A stretch of DNA of 64,000 bases from Nitrosopumilaceae archaeon (lineage in GTDB: Archaea > Thermoproteota > Nitrososphaeria > Nitrososphaerales > Nitrosopumilaceae). Made by a program: the position numbers and the translations under genes. This document shows positions 1 through 9,889 of this stretch, piece after piece. The stretch is from positions 864,001-928,000 of the forward strand of contig OZ242274.1 of the NCBI GenBank assembly GCA_965207375.1. Direction: 5' to 3'. The first letter of the stretch is position 1, and every line of letters starts with the position of its first letter. The notes below the pieces were generated by a model. It did not search any database and was not told the origin of the DNA. It was given only the letters and a program-made list of their open reading frames with translations.

Positions 1-1321
1 TTGATAGCAAGTCATTGACGCAGCCTGCAGTTGGAACTGCAATCTTTGCTTTTTCAACACCTAGTGACTTTGCAATAATTTCAATGCCTTCCTCCTTTGG
101 AGTGTATTGTGTGTGTACCCAAATTATTTTATCATAATCGTTTGCAGCCGCATCCTGAAGATCTATACGTATTGGAGCCTGCTCCTTTGAAATCTGCTCA
201 AAACTCTTTTTGTATTTTTCAATGCCATCTGCAACTATAACTACAAACTTGTCAGCCTTGCCCGAATTTGCCAGCTCCATTACGGCATACAGCGCTAGGG
301 CCGTACTTTCACCAATGTCATGTCCCTTGTCTACAAAATATTTTAAAAGAAACTTTGCCTTTTCATAGTCGATTTCATATTCTGCAGCATAGCTTTGGGG
401 ACTGTACAACCTTAATCCTTCAGTCTTTGCATGCGTTCTAATTCCTGCAACATCCTGGCCTTCAGGAGGAAAAACAACATGAACAGATTTTTTATCGTAT
501 TTTTCAGACATGTATTTGCTTAGACCTCCCGATGTTCCACCTGTACCAAATGCGCAAAGCAGCTGATAATCTTTCAACGAGTCACCATTTTGATGTAGCT
601 GTTGATCAATTTCGGGTGCAGTCACTGCCTTGTGCACATCAATGTTGAGTTCGTTATCGTATTGTGCAGTACAAAACAGGCGGTATATTTTTGACAAAAA
701 TACTGCCAGATTTATAATGTCCTGTTTAGATAGTAACGCTTTGATTTCTTCAAGATTCTCATCAAAGATTGTAGGATCAAATCCCAATTCTGATAGTTGC
801 AAGCGAATATTTGCAGCCGTGGCCCGTGCTGCCAACTCATCTGCCTTGTTTTCCATTCCAGGTGCCGGACAAATATCCATGTCTAGATCCATGATTTTGA
901 TATTTTCATTTCGCAGCTCCTCAAACACTCCCTCCTGTAATTTTCTTGAAACAAGTGCTATTACATCAATTCCAAGCTTTGATAGCTGTCCTAGTGCAAT
1001 TCCAAAGTTGCCCGAGGTTGCCTCAATTACTGTCTGATTGCCTTTTAGCTTTCCAGATGCAATTGCATCGTGAATAATATGAATTGCAGCCCTTACCTTG
1101 ATTGAGCCGCTCAACAAGGCAGAATCAAACTTTCCATATATCTTCAAGTCCTTGCCGTCAAGATCCATCTTGTATACGCTTTTTGCACACTCTTTGAGGT
1201 CTTGTGTAAGATCCACTAGCGGTGTTGGATTTACAATTGTATCCTCGCTTTTGTGTGGAGTCTTTTTCCATATTTCTTCCTCAAAGCGTTTTAAAAGCTC
1301 ATTATCAATATCTTGTGTCAT
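1..1321 (-). CDS. PLP-dependent cysteine synthase family protein (3' part runs off the window)
   Basis: Manual translation from ATG 1321 (MTQDIDNELLKRFEEEIW...) gives SGSIKVR (PLP lysine), EATSGNFG and CAFGTGGTSGG motifs; absent from the ORF track because it has no stop inside the window. Confidence 0.8.
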   Translation of the reverse strand, partial: MTQDIDNELLKRFEEEIWKKTPHKSEDTIVNPTPLVDLTQDLKECAKSVYKMDLDGKDLKIYGKFDSALLSGSIKVRAAIHIIHDAIASGKLKGNQTVIEATSGNFGIALGQLSKLGIDVIALVSRKLQEGVFEELRNENIKIMDLDMDICPAPGMENKADELAARATAANIRLQLSELGFDPTIFDENLEEIKALLSKQDIINLAVFLSKIYRLFCTAQYDNELNIDVHKAVTAPEIDQQLHQNGDSLKDYQLLCAFGTGGTSGGLSKYMSEKYDKKSVHVVFPPEGQDVAGIRTHAKTEGLRLYSPQSYAAEYEIDYEKAKFLLKYFVDKGHDIGESTALALYAVMELANSGKADKFVVIVADGIEKYKKSFEQISKEQAPIRIDLQDAAANDYDKIIWVHTQYTPKEEGIEIIAKSLGVEKAKIAVPTAGCVNDLLS

Positions 1322-1439
1322 CAGTATATTCCAAAAATTTTACTTAATTTAGAAGTTTTCCTGTGGGATCTAATAAGGTGCAGCCGATCCCACATTATCT
1401 TGAATTATACATTACTAGTCTTGAGTTTTTTGAGCTGAT

Positions 1440-1667
1440 TCAGTTGATGTTCTGTATCATCAAATGCCTTTCTTAACCATTCATCTCCTCTAGATGTCCT
1501 GTTGTTTTTCCCATGGATTCTGTATATTCTCCTGTTGATGCAGTGATACATGCGGCTCCAGTCATTATCTTTGCTATATTTGATGTACCCTGTTCTTTGA
1601 TGTCGTTGTCTGAATGATGCCGTACAGTTCTATGAATTTCTTCAAAGATGGGACGATATTTTGACAT
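1440..1667 (-). pseudogene. Degenerate DDE transposase C-terminal fragment
   Basis: Frameshifted translation ...RMYHCINRR...HGK... resembles an integrase-core C-terminus; lies among other IS debris. Confidence 0.3.
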
Positions 1668-1699
1668 GTGAGTGGATTATTCATTATATTGTCAGGCAC

Positions 1700-1997
1700 C
1701 TGAGGTTTCCGGAGGGACACTGCACTCCAATCAAGAAAAGGGTGCAAAGCTCACAGAGGAGCAAAAGGAATACAACAAAATCCACTCAAAGAATCGTGTA
1801 TATGTAGAACGTGCAATACGCAGGGTCAAGACCTGGCGTATCATGGGAAACGTATACGGCAATCCACTCATAAAATATGACTGGATTAATGATATTGTGT
1901 GCGGTTTGGTAAACCGTAACATCTGGTGGCGATTGGTTCAGATGGCCTGATTGAGGAAGGGCATCTGGATGGCAGCAGATATGCATGAAAAATAATT
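1700..1997 (+). pseudogene. IS5-family (DDE_Tnp_4-like) transposase 3' remnant
   Basis: LTEEQKEYNKIHSKNRVYVERAIRRVKTWRI motif; homologous copy at ~32600-32776. Confidence 0.7.
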
Positions 1998-2180
1998 ACG
2001 GATCACCTCTCCTGTATGATCTAGATTTGACTTGCAACTCTTCATGAACTTTTGATGCCATGTGTGATTCGTAAGTGGATGAAGATTGTGCTTGAGGCAC
2101 AGTTTTGTAGTGCCGATATTGGTCTTGATTGATTCTAGTACTATCTGGATCTTTTGATCTGGCGTAAACTTGATTTTCAT
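1938..2180 (-). pseudogene. IS3-type OrfA/HTH transposase remnant
   Basis: KFTPDQKIQIVLES...LCLKHNLHP...W HTH_Tnp_1-like pattern; no OrfB follows. Confidence 0.55.
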
Positions 2181-2396
2181 AGTGTATTTCTCCAGTTATC
2201 TGACTTGAGGTGTATGAAAACAAGTGTTCCTATTCTGGCTGGGTCCTCACCACTCTGAAAATATGTTCCAATCTAAATTTAGCATAAAATTTCAGATCTG
2301 GACGGTTTGTATACATACAGCTTTCTAAAATCTATCTGCTATGGATTATTTTTCTTTACACTGTTTGCAATTCTAAAATTGCCGTATTTGTGTAAA

Positions 2397-3965
2397 CTAT
2401 ACCTGTTCTAGTATGCCTAAAACCTTGTTTGGAATGTCATTTAACCTGCTTACTGCCAATGTCTTTTCATAGCCTAGGGTTTTGAGATTGCCTGCAATAG
2501 TGGTGGCCCGTATGGTGTTTGGACCAAAACCAAGAGCTACCATTTTGATTCCTATCGTTTTAAATGATTTAACCATTGCACGCACCGCATTGGGATCTGA
2601 GGGTTCGCCGTCTGTAAGTGTCAGAAAAATCTCCGGACTGCTTGTCTGCATTGATGCAAACATCTTGTCATAGACCTCTGCTAACGGCGTTGCACCGTTT
2701 GCTGCAACCTGCGCTAGTCTTTTTGCACAAATATGATTCCATTTCAAATTTTCCGGCTTGACTAGCCAGCATACTACAGTTCTGTCCTGCGTACTAAATG
2801 CATATACTGAAAAGTTTACCTTCAGATATGACAATACCTCACACAATGCCAGTGTTGCCTTTTTGTATTCTATTTGATCCGCTGATATGCTAGATGAATG
2901 ATCAAGCAGTATCACGATTTTAGTCTTTATTGTATTTTTTAAATCCGTAAAGAACGGCTCTGTGCCTTCAATGAAACTTTCTTCATCAAACTCGTCGCCA
3001 GATATCAGGTGCTGCTCCCTCCAACCTGATTTCCATTCCTTGAATTTTGTCTTTAGCTTGTTGATCAAATCTGCATCATAAATTACAGTCTCATCAGTGT
3101 CATCTATTGCAGGCATTTTTACCCCTATCATTTCTGTACCCAAGCCCCGATTTTCATTTTTTTTATTTTCCTCAACTAGTATCTTGTATTCATCAAATAT
3201 CTCCTGTCCTTGCAATGCTGCATTTGGATCTATCTTGCCAAAGTCTCCTTGCCGATTTTTTGATATCTTTATCAACGCCTGCAATATCTCCTCCTCGTTT
3301 AGTGCCATGCCCTGCCTCATCCATGGCAGCGACACAGGAATCGTCAGTAGCGAATCTATATCCAAAACCTTGATTATTTCTGGAACCTTTTTTTCCATCC
3401 ATTCTGTATCGTAATTGTTTTGTATTGCCTGCTCTAGCAGCACGTCTGCATACTGTTTTGCCTGCTGTATTTTTTCAAGGTGACTACCCTGAATTTCGCC
3501 CTTTATACCTCCAAACAAAAACATCTGGTAAAATGCCTCTACAATTCTTGCTTTTCCGTAAAGCGAGCCTAGTTGCGGCCTATAGTTTAGCGCATATGCG
3601 TAATTAAACACTATTTCATTGTCCATTCCCCTCCAGGTCTTTCTTGCTAGCGCCTCGACTCTCTTAGTTTCAAGTGCGTTTAGTATGAATCCAAACGCAT
3701 GATCGTTGCTTAGTATTTTTTTGCAGTGTCTTATGCGGACTGCTTCATACCACAGTGCAGTCCTAAATTGCCTGTACCTTTGAAAGTTATTTCCCTGATA
3801 TTTGTCAAATGGAAGCAGCGTTATCTTTTTTTCCTTTAGCCATGTTTTTGCCTGGTTTTTGTCTGAAAACTCTATTGTAATGTTTTCAACGCCTGACCAT
3901 CGCCTGACCAAAAATGTGGCAATTTCTAAAAGCGTATCCTTTCTTAATTGGAATGCCTGCATCAT
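2397..3965 (-). CDS. vWA-domain protein (NorD/CbbO-like partner of AAA+ ATPase)
   Basis: MIDAS motifs LLDHSSS, GATP, TDGEP; 4-nt overlap with upstream ATPase. Confidence 0.85.
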   Translation of the reverse strand: MMQAFQLRKDTLLEIATFLVRRWSGVENITIEFSDKNQAKTWLKEKKITLLPFDKYQGNNFQRYRQFRTALWYEAVRIRHCKKILSNDHAFGFILNALETKRVEALARKTWRGMDNEIVFNYAYALNYRPQLGSLYGKARIVEAFYQMFLFGGIKGEIQGSHLEKIQQAKQYADVLLEQAIQNNYDTEWMEKKVPEIIKVLDIDSLLTIPVSLPWMRQGMALNEEEILQALIKISKNRQGDFGKIDPNAALQGQEIFDEYKILVEENKKNENRGLGTEMIGVKMPAIDDTDETVIYDADLINKLKTKFKEWKSGWREQHLISGDEFDEESFIEGTEPFFTDLKNTIKTKIVILLDHSSSISADQIEYKKATLALCEVLSYLKVNFSVYAFSTQDRTVVCWLVKPENLKWNHICAKRLAQVAANGATPLAEVYDKMFASMQTSSPEIFLTLTDGEPSDPNAVRAMVKSFKTIGIKMVALGFGPNTIRATTIAGNLKTLGYEKTLAVSRLNDIPNKVLGILEQV

Positions 3966-4762
3966 GCCTCAAACATCGACGTGATAATGTCGCTTACCTT
4001 TTGATGCTCTACTGTACCCCATTGTGCGTACACATTTCCAAAGACTAGCTCTGCTGCTTCTTTGATGGGAACCTTCATCTCTAGTAATTTTGCATAGGCA
4101 ATAGTTTCTCTCAAGCTGGGCGAATAGTACAGCTCTTCTACTGCTGCTGCCTGCCTTAGAGTATTTGCAAGTTTTATTCCCTGCCTGATTTTGTCATCTG
4201 ATGAATCTGAAACATATTTTTTTACAATGTCAAGCTCTGTGTCTTCTGGAGGATATTCCAATCTGATTCTTACAGGAAATCTGCTCAAAATCTGTGGTGG
4301 CAGCTCCTTTGTCCCAACATGGGTTAACGGATTTATAGTTGCAATCACAAACCATCCCTGTTTGGCATGCACGACCTCTCCTGCAGATTCCTTTAGCGCT
4401 ATCTGGCGCCGGTCATCTAATGCTTCATCTAGTCTTAACAGCACATCTGCCTCTGCTGCATTGATTTCATCTAGATATAACATGCTGCCCTCCCTCATTG
4501 ATTTTATCAAGATGCCCTCATCAAATCCTACCGAGCCGTCTGTTAGGGTTTTGGTTCCAACTAGGTGACTCTCTCTTGTTCTCAAACTGAAATTGATTGA
4601 CTCCAATTTAGCAGATTTGCCTGCCACAAAATCCCTTACTAGCGTGGTTTTTCCCGTGCCCTTGGGGCCAATTACCAACACAAACAATCCAGATTCATAG
4701 GCCTTTGCTAGTGTCTTCATGGAGTCATTCCAATCCAAATATTTTGTCTGATTCATTTGCAA
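3962..4762 (-). CDS. MoxR-type AAA+ ATPase, CbbQ/NirQ/NorQ family
   Basis: Walker A GPKGTGKT, Walker B LYLDEIN, ATINP, SRF. Confidence 0.88.
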   Translation of the reverse strand: MQMNQTKYLDWNDSMKTLAKAYESGLFVLVIGPKGTGKTTLVRDFVAGKSAKLESINFSLRTRESHLVGTKTLTDGSVGFDEGILIKSMREGSMLYLDEINAAEADVLLRLDEALDDRRQIALKESAGEVVHAKQGWFVIATINPLTHVGTKELPPQILSRFPVRIRLEYPPEDTELDIVKKYVSDSSDDKIRQGIKLANTLRQAAAVEELYYSPSLRETIAYAKLLEMKVPIKEAAELVFGNVYAQWGTVEHQKVSDIITSMFEA

Positions 4763-4792
4763 AACAACGGGCTCTTAATTTACAAATAAGTC

Positions 4793-6262
4793 TTAGTTTT
4801 GATACTGGACTAGTTTTGTATTGGATTCATCTAGAATCTGGTGTAATTTCTTACTCCATGTGTCAAATCCTTGAGGGGATTCTGGATAGTTGTAATAGTG
4901 TTCTGTTAGCAGCCTGTTTTGTTTGGTGGTGAATCTGAGCCCATCTGCTAGTTTTTTGTTTAATGCACCGCGAATCATCATTGATAGCTTGCTTAGGTTG
5001 CTAAAGTCAGGATGCTCGCCCTTTGAAATTGCCTCAACATCTAGGTTTCCCAAAAAGTGCTTCATGCCGTAGCTGATTTGCTCATTTGTCAATGTCTGAA
5101 TCAGCCTTCTAAAAATCTCCAATCCTGCCGTCTTGTACCCGTATTCGTCAATGAACTCCTTGTTGTACTTCCATAATCCATTCTCTGTTACATCTCCTGT
5201 CTGAATCGCCTCGACTGCACATTTTCCTACAATGGTTCCTGCAACTAGTGCAGGACCTATGCCCCCTGCATCAAGCGGCTTTGGCATCCATGCAGAGTCT
5301 CCGACCAACATGAAACCGTTTGCCACCATGCAGTCGTTTTGTCTTCTTACTGAAACCTGAAAATTGCCTGTTGCGTTTTGCCTGTCTGCATCATCTGTGG
5401 AAATCTTTGGATTCTTTATTGCACCGTTTCTTTCTACATACTGATCAATTAGCATTGAAACGTTGTCCTTTTTTGCAAGTCTCTTGTTTCTTGCCTCAAG
5501 AAGTGTTTTTTCAACTCCTAGTCCTATGTTTACCTTGTTTTTGCCCTTTGGAAACACCCAGCCATATCCGCCCGGTGCTATGTCTTGATCTAGGTGAATT
5601 ATGCAATAGTCGGGGTCAAACTCTGTCAGGTCCTGCTGCCCGTCTTCAAAGTGCATGATGTGCCGTCCTGTTGATTCTACATCGCGTCTGTCTACCTTGC
5701 GTTCCATTTTTGTAGTGTTTGTAATCTGGTTGCGCAGCATTGATGTCATTCCTGTTGCATCAATTACTATTTTGGCAGTTTTTGAATATGGCTCCTTTGT
5801 CTTGCTGTTGACCCCCTTTACTCCTGTAACCTGATTTTCCTGGTAAATTAATCCCATTAAATTTACATCAAAGTCAAAATCTACTCCCATTTTCTGGGTG
5901 CGCGCATTTTGTACTTCAGGCAACAGCCTTCTGTTTAGCATGTACCCTGCACCATCAAAGGGAATTGATGTCTCACGGTCTGGAGAAAATGCCATGACTC
6001 CCTTTACATGGTGTTCAATTTCAGGCTCTGACCATTTTACCTTGATTCGGTCCGTCATGTAATCTACTGCCTCCTTGCTTACTGCATCCCCGCATATCCA
6101 GCCTGCCACACTTTTTTCTCCAGGCAGATTTGACGGATTTCTGTCTACTACTAGGATCTTTAATCCCTGATTAGAATAATGTGAGGCTGATTGGGCAACA
6201 ATTGTGCCTGCTAGTCCTCCACCTGCTATTATGATATCGTAATCTGTCACAAAAAAGACCAT
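4793..6262 (-). CDS. FAD-dependent oxidoreductase, geranylgeranyl reductase family
   Basis: IIAGGGLAG, DATG, GGYGWVFPK, LVGDSA...GGIG motifs. Confidence 0.85.
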   Translation of the reverse strand: MVFFVTDYDIIIAGGGLAGTIVAQSASHYSNQGLKILVVDRNPSNLPGEKSVAGWICGDAVSKEAVDYMTDRIKVKWSEPEIEHHVKGVMAFSPDRETSIPFDGAGYMLNRRLLPEVQNARTQKMGVDFDFDVNLMGLIYQENQVTGVKGVNSKTKEPYSKTAKIVIDATGMTSMLRNQITNTTKMERKVDRRDVESTGRHIMHFEDGQQDLTEFDPDYCIIHLDQDIAPGGYGWVFPKGKNKVNIGLGVEKTLLEARNKRLAKKDNVSMLIDQYVERNGAIKNPKISTDDADRQNATGNFQVSVRRQNDCMVANGFMLVGDSAWMPKPLDAGGIGPALVAGTIVGKCAVEAIQTGDVTENGLWKYNKEFIDEYGYKTAGLEIFRRLIQTLTNEQISYGMKHFLGNLDVEAISKGEHPDFSNLSKLSMMIRGALNKKLADGLRFTTKQNRLLTEHYYNYPESPQGFDTWSKKLHQILDESNTKLVQYQN

Positions 6263-6308
6263 CGTACTTTGTTATTTAAAACCATCTTGTTTTGATATAA
6301 CAGAATTA

Positions 6309-6376
6309 GGGTCGGATCGTCGCGGCCTCTTCAATGCGCTTGCTCAGACTGGAGCGGCTAGTATTTCCTCATTCCC
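6309..6376 (-). ncRNA. Box C/D 2'-O-methylation guide sRNA
   Basis: GGG-A-AUGAGGA(C)-guide-CUGA(D')-spacer-UUGAAGA(C')-guide-CCGA(D)-CCC; terminal stem and compensatory C/D changes. Confidence 0.8.
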
Positions 6377-6400
6377 ATGTTTTAGTGGTGTTTTTCATAT

Positions 6401-6814
6401 TTAATTTAGTTGCAAGCCAAGCAGAGCCTGATACGCCTGAAGAATTTCTTTTTTGTTGTATACTGGGGTGTAAATCTTTAATTTTATTGCATTTTCTTCT
6501 CCTAGAACTATATTGCCCTGTACAAACTCTTGCTTGTCTAGTCTGATGTATAGGCTAGAGTCATCCATTCTTTGATCAAGTGGCTCTAAAATCTCTGAGA
6601 TGTCTTTTATTTTATCAATTATTTGTCTTGCTGCGTCTTTTGTAATTTGTACTGTAAGTATAGTTATTGGGTTATCAAAGTGGCCTGTTAATTCCTGAAT
6701 ATCAAACTGTTTTTTTGTAATTCCAAATGACTCTTCAAATGCATCATAGAATTTTTTTATGTCTTCGGTGGCATGTATGATGACATCTATTGTAATCTCT
6801 AGTTTGTTACTCAT
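6401..6814 (-). CDS. Archaeal RNA-binding protein (DUF54/exosome-associated family)
   Basis: IIHATED, GHFDNPI, LYIRLDKQ motifs; follows rps3ae. Confidence 0.75.
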   Translation of the reverse strand: MSNKLEITIDVIIHATEDIKKFYDAFEESFGITKKQFDIQELTGHFDNPITILTVQITKDAARQIIDKIKDISEILEPLDQRMDDSSLYIRLDKQEFVQGNIVLGEENAIKLKIYTPVYNKKEILQAYQALLGLQLN

Positions 6815-6832
6815 TAGAATCTAGTATGACAT

Positions 6833-7444
6833 CTATGCTTCTAGCAGTACTGTTTGTGCTGCTGCAGTTCTGACTAGCTTGACCTTTTCTAGACCTACAT
6901 GTCTAACTCTGATTAGTTTCTTGGCTGCAGCCATGATGTCTGAGTTGATCTTGCCATAGCATGTTGCCTGTACGAACTGATCAATTGACATCTGTGGTAC
7001 GGATTTTTCAATTATATCTTTTGCAATTAATCGCAATGCGTGTTTTCTTGAGGTGTTAAGCTGTCTTTGTGTCAATACGATAACTTTGATTCTGAAAATA
7101 TTTCCGTCCTTTGTTTTGGCATCTATTATAAAGTTGATTTTCGAAGAACCGCGTCTTACCAAACTTCTCAAAAACTCTTTTGAATATTCGTAGCGCTTGA
7201 AGATTGATGTTGCCTTTTCGTCTTTTACATTGTCAATTTGGAAATACATCTTGTATTGGTGCTGTGATGGATCTCCCTTTAGAATATCAAACAGTGTGAC
7301 CTCTACGACCCTTCCTACTGCCTTTTCATCATCTGTAATTGGAACGTAAGCTACTGGAACGTTGTTAAATGACTCTGGAGCATATACGTTGACCCATTTC
7401 TTTTCTCTCCACTTATCCTTTACTCGGGTCTTTCTACGTGCCAA
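6833..7444 (-). CDS. rps3ae: 30S ribosomal protein S3Ae (eS1)
   Basis: KDKWREKKW, GRVVEVTL, RSLVRRGSSKI. Confidence 0.95.
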   Translation of the reverse strand: MARRKTRVKDKWREKKWVNVYAPESFNNVPVAYVPITDDEKAVGRVVEVTLFDILKGDPSQHQYKMYFQIDNVKDEKATSIFKRYEYSKEFLRSLVRRGSSKINFIIDAKTKDGNIFRIKVIVLTQRQLNTSRKHALRLIAKDIIEKSVPQMSIDQFVQATCYGKINSDIMAAAKKLIRVRHVGLEKVKLVRTAAAQTVLLEA

Positions 7445-7784
7445 TTACTAACGACCTTTGAATCCAAAATATAAGGTATGCGGAAACATTTTGGCATTTT
7501 GATGGGGCCCTTACATGACACGTAGTGATTTTAAAAAAGAATGAAACCCAAATTCCTGAAAAAAGAGTCTGCATGCCCCATATATTGGACCAAATTTGAG
7601 CACAATGTGCCTGTTTAGTTGGTCATATTTGGTAACGTATGGGATCAAAGAAATTAGAACTTGCGATACAAAAGATTGACGTGCCTAGAGGCAATTATGA
7701 AACAGCATCTAAAGGCACATCAAGATACACTTGATAATGCCATATTTAACTGCCCATGTTGCGAGGCCGATATTTTATGAAGCC

Positions 7785-8454
7785 ATCCCCAGGGGTAAGG
7801 AGAGGAATAGAGTTTCTCAAAGGTACAACTACATCTGAGATGGAACATCGTCTAAAGGCAGAACACTCTGGCAAGTCACGTGAGCGACTACAGGTAGGCA
7901 CTGCTGCGTAGACAGGGCCTAGACCTAGAATCTATACGTAAAATCCTAGGACGAGGTAAGGGCAGCATCTCAAGATGGCTAAACCAGATGTAAAAAGAAG
8001 GACCTGATGCAATACTTGACGGTAAGAGTACAGGAAGACCCTGCAAGCTCTCAAAGGTGCAGCAGGAGGCAGTCAGGAGATCTCTTGCCCAAGATCCAAT
8101 GTGTAGCGGTTTTGAGCGCTAAAACTGGACTGCCAGACTGCTTGGAGTACACATTGAGAACAATTATGGTACCAATACAGTGCATCAGGAGCTCTTGCAC
8201 TTGCGTATGGCATGGGTTATTCCATCAGGGTGCCTAGATCCATACCATACAATACGCCTGACAAGGAGACAATTGACAAATATGTAAAAAACACTATACA
8301 AGCAATTACGTCACATGCATCTGCAGATTATGCCATCTATTGTTTGGATGCTGCAGGATTTGCCGATTCGCAGTTTTCTGCTCGCGGGATTCGTCCCATA
8401 GGTGGACATGAAACTGTAAAGTCTAACTTTAAGATTGCTACCATTGTTTGATGC
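7785..8454 (+). pseudogene. IS630-family transposase pseudogene, interrupted by IS481
   Basis: Frameshifted HTH (KSRERLQ..., ISRWL, GRPCKLS), GYSIRVPRSIP and catalytic IYCLDAAG segment. Confidence 0.7.
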
Positions 8455-9489
8455 TGTATTATATCAAAAGTCGGTCCGCTAATCATCAGTATCCTTCTCC
8501 ATCCATTTTGGGTCACTTTTTCTGATCGCATCAGGTACTTTTTTGTTTCTAAACGCCTGCAATGGAACCTCACAGTGCTCAATGTCCAGTGAAAAGTGCA
8601 GTCTGCGCTCATTGTAATAATCAACATACTCTCTCAGATTTTCATAATGCCATATTTCCTCATCTATGCTGCGGTGGAATCGTTCCAGCTTGCCGTTGGT
8701 CTGTGGATGATACGGACTAGTGTTTATCAGTATGATGTCTCTTTGTAAGAGCTCCTCCTCAAAGAGGGTAGGAGTCCACGTTTTCTTTTTCTTTCTACCG
8801 CTTCGTCCTACAAAACACGCACCGTTATCAGATAGTATGGATGCAGGTGCGCCAAACCGCTTTATTGCAAGTCTTAGTGCCAGTACGGCATTCTCAGATG
8901 TTGCATGTTGAAACAGTGCAGCACCTGTTATACATCTTGAGGCATCATCAAGATATGTGACTAGATTCGTGCCTGTAAAGCGTGGATCTTTCATTTCATG
9001 CCAGTCCACATGCCACATGGCGTTTGCATATTTTCGCTCAAAGCGGACGTATTTTCGCTTTTTTGATTTTGCATCAGATGATATTATCATGCCGTTTTTT
9101 TTCATAATACGGTATACGGTACGATAGCTAATATCATAATTGTCCTGTAGTCTTTTTGCAGTACGCAGTACCCCTACAGGTTCATTCTTGTAGGCCTCAG
9201 TTACTAGACGTATTTGTGTAGATGTAATTCCAATGTGTGGTCTACCTATTTTCACGTGAGTTGTTCCAGTAGCCTGAGCTCTGGCCCATAGTCTTCTTAC
9301 GTGCCTTTCAGTAATTCCAAGATCCTGGGCTATCTGGGATGACTTTATTCCCTTTTTGCGCTGTCTAATTATGTATTGTCTGGATTCCTCTGTCAGTCTT
9401 TTTGCCATGGGTTTTCTTGATCGATGCAGTCTGAAATAATCAGCGATCGTCCTCCTGATCCTAGACGGACTGACTTTTCGTACAATAGA
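8455..9489 (-). mobile_element. IS481-family insertion sequence
   Basis: Imperfect 24-bp TIRs TGTATTATATCAAAAGTCGGTCCG / TCTATTGTACGAAAAGTCAGTCCG; 15-bp direct repeat ACCATTGTTTGATGC at 8440-8454 and 9490-9504. Confidence 0.9.
8479..9408 (-). CDS. IS481-family transposase
   Basis: HTH plus rve core: WHVD, LDDASR, SDNG, PQTNGKLERF, YYNERRLH. Confidence 0.92.
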   Translation of the reverse strand: MAKRLTEESRQYIIRQRKKGIKSSQIAQDLGITERHVRRLWARAQATGTTHVKIGRPHIGITSTQIRLVTEAYKNEPVGVLRTAKRLQDNYDISYRTVYRIMKKNGMIISSDAKSKKRKYVRFERKYANAMWHVDWHEMKDPRFTGTNLVTYLDDASRCITGAALFQHATSENAVLALRLAIKRFGAPASILSDNGACFVGRSGRKKKKTWTPTLFEEELLQRDIILINTSPYHPQTNGKLERFHRSIDEEIWHYENLREYVDYYNERRLHFSLDIEHCEVPLQAFRNKKVPDAIRKSDPKWMEKDTDD

Positions 9490-9889
9490 ACCATTGTTTG
9501 ATGCAATAAATCAGGCCAAAAACGTCCTTCAGACATCTGTAATCTGAAAAACATATCAGGATTTCAAGGGTTGTCTTTTCAGGGTAACCTAAGCTCAGAA
9601 ACTGCACCAATATGCAAAAACATGCCACAACATGTTTGATTTTATGAATTTGCCCATATTCTGTCATGATTTTGCGTTTTGCCTGTGGCTGAAATCTAAT
9701 AGTATAGGAGACAACCAGAAAGCGTTCCATTCTTTTTTGCGATTACTATGGGCTGGATTCAACAAGGAATCTTACGGCTGATCCCGGAGAAATTTACATA
9801 GATGCTTTTGTTATATTTTGTGCTTTTGCTATATTTGAATTGAAATGATATATTTTATATCATGGTATCTGATATATGAAACTAACAGC

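Noticed and set aside
1362-1393. TGTGGGATC...GATCCCACA hairpin
   Set aside because: Single short inverted repeat with no TSD or second copy
2397-4762. AAA/vWA pair as nitric oxide reductase or RuBisCO activase
   Set aside because: No norBC or rbcL nearby; only a generic MoxR-vWA chaperone call is supported
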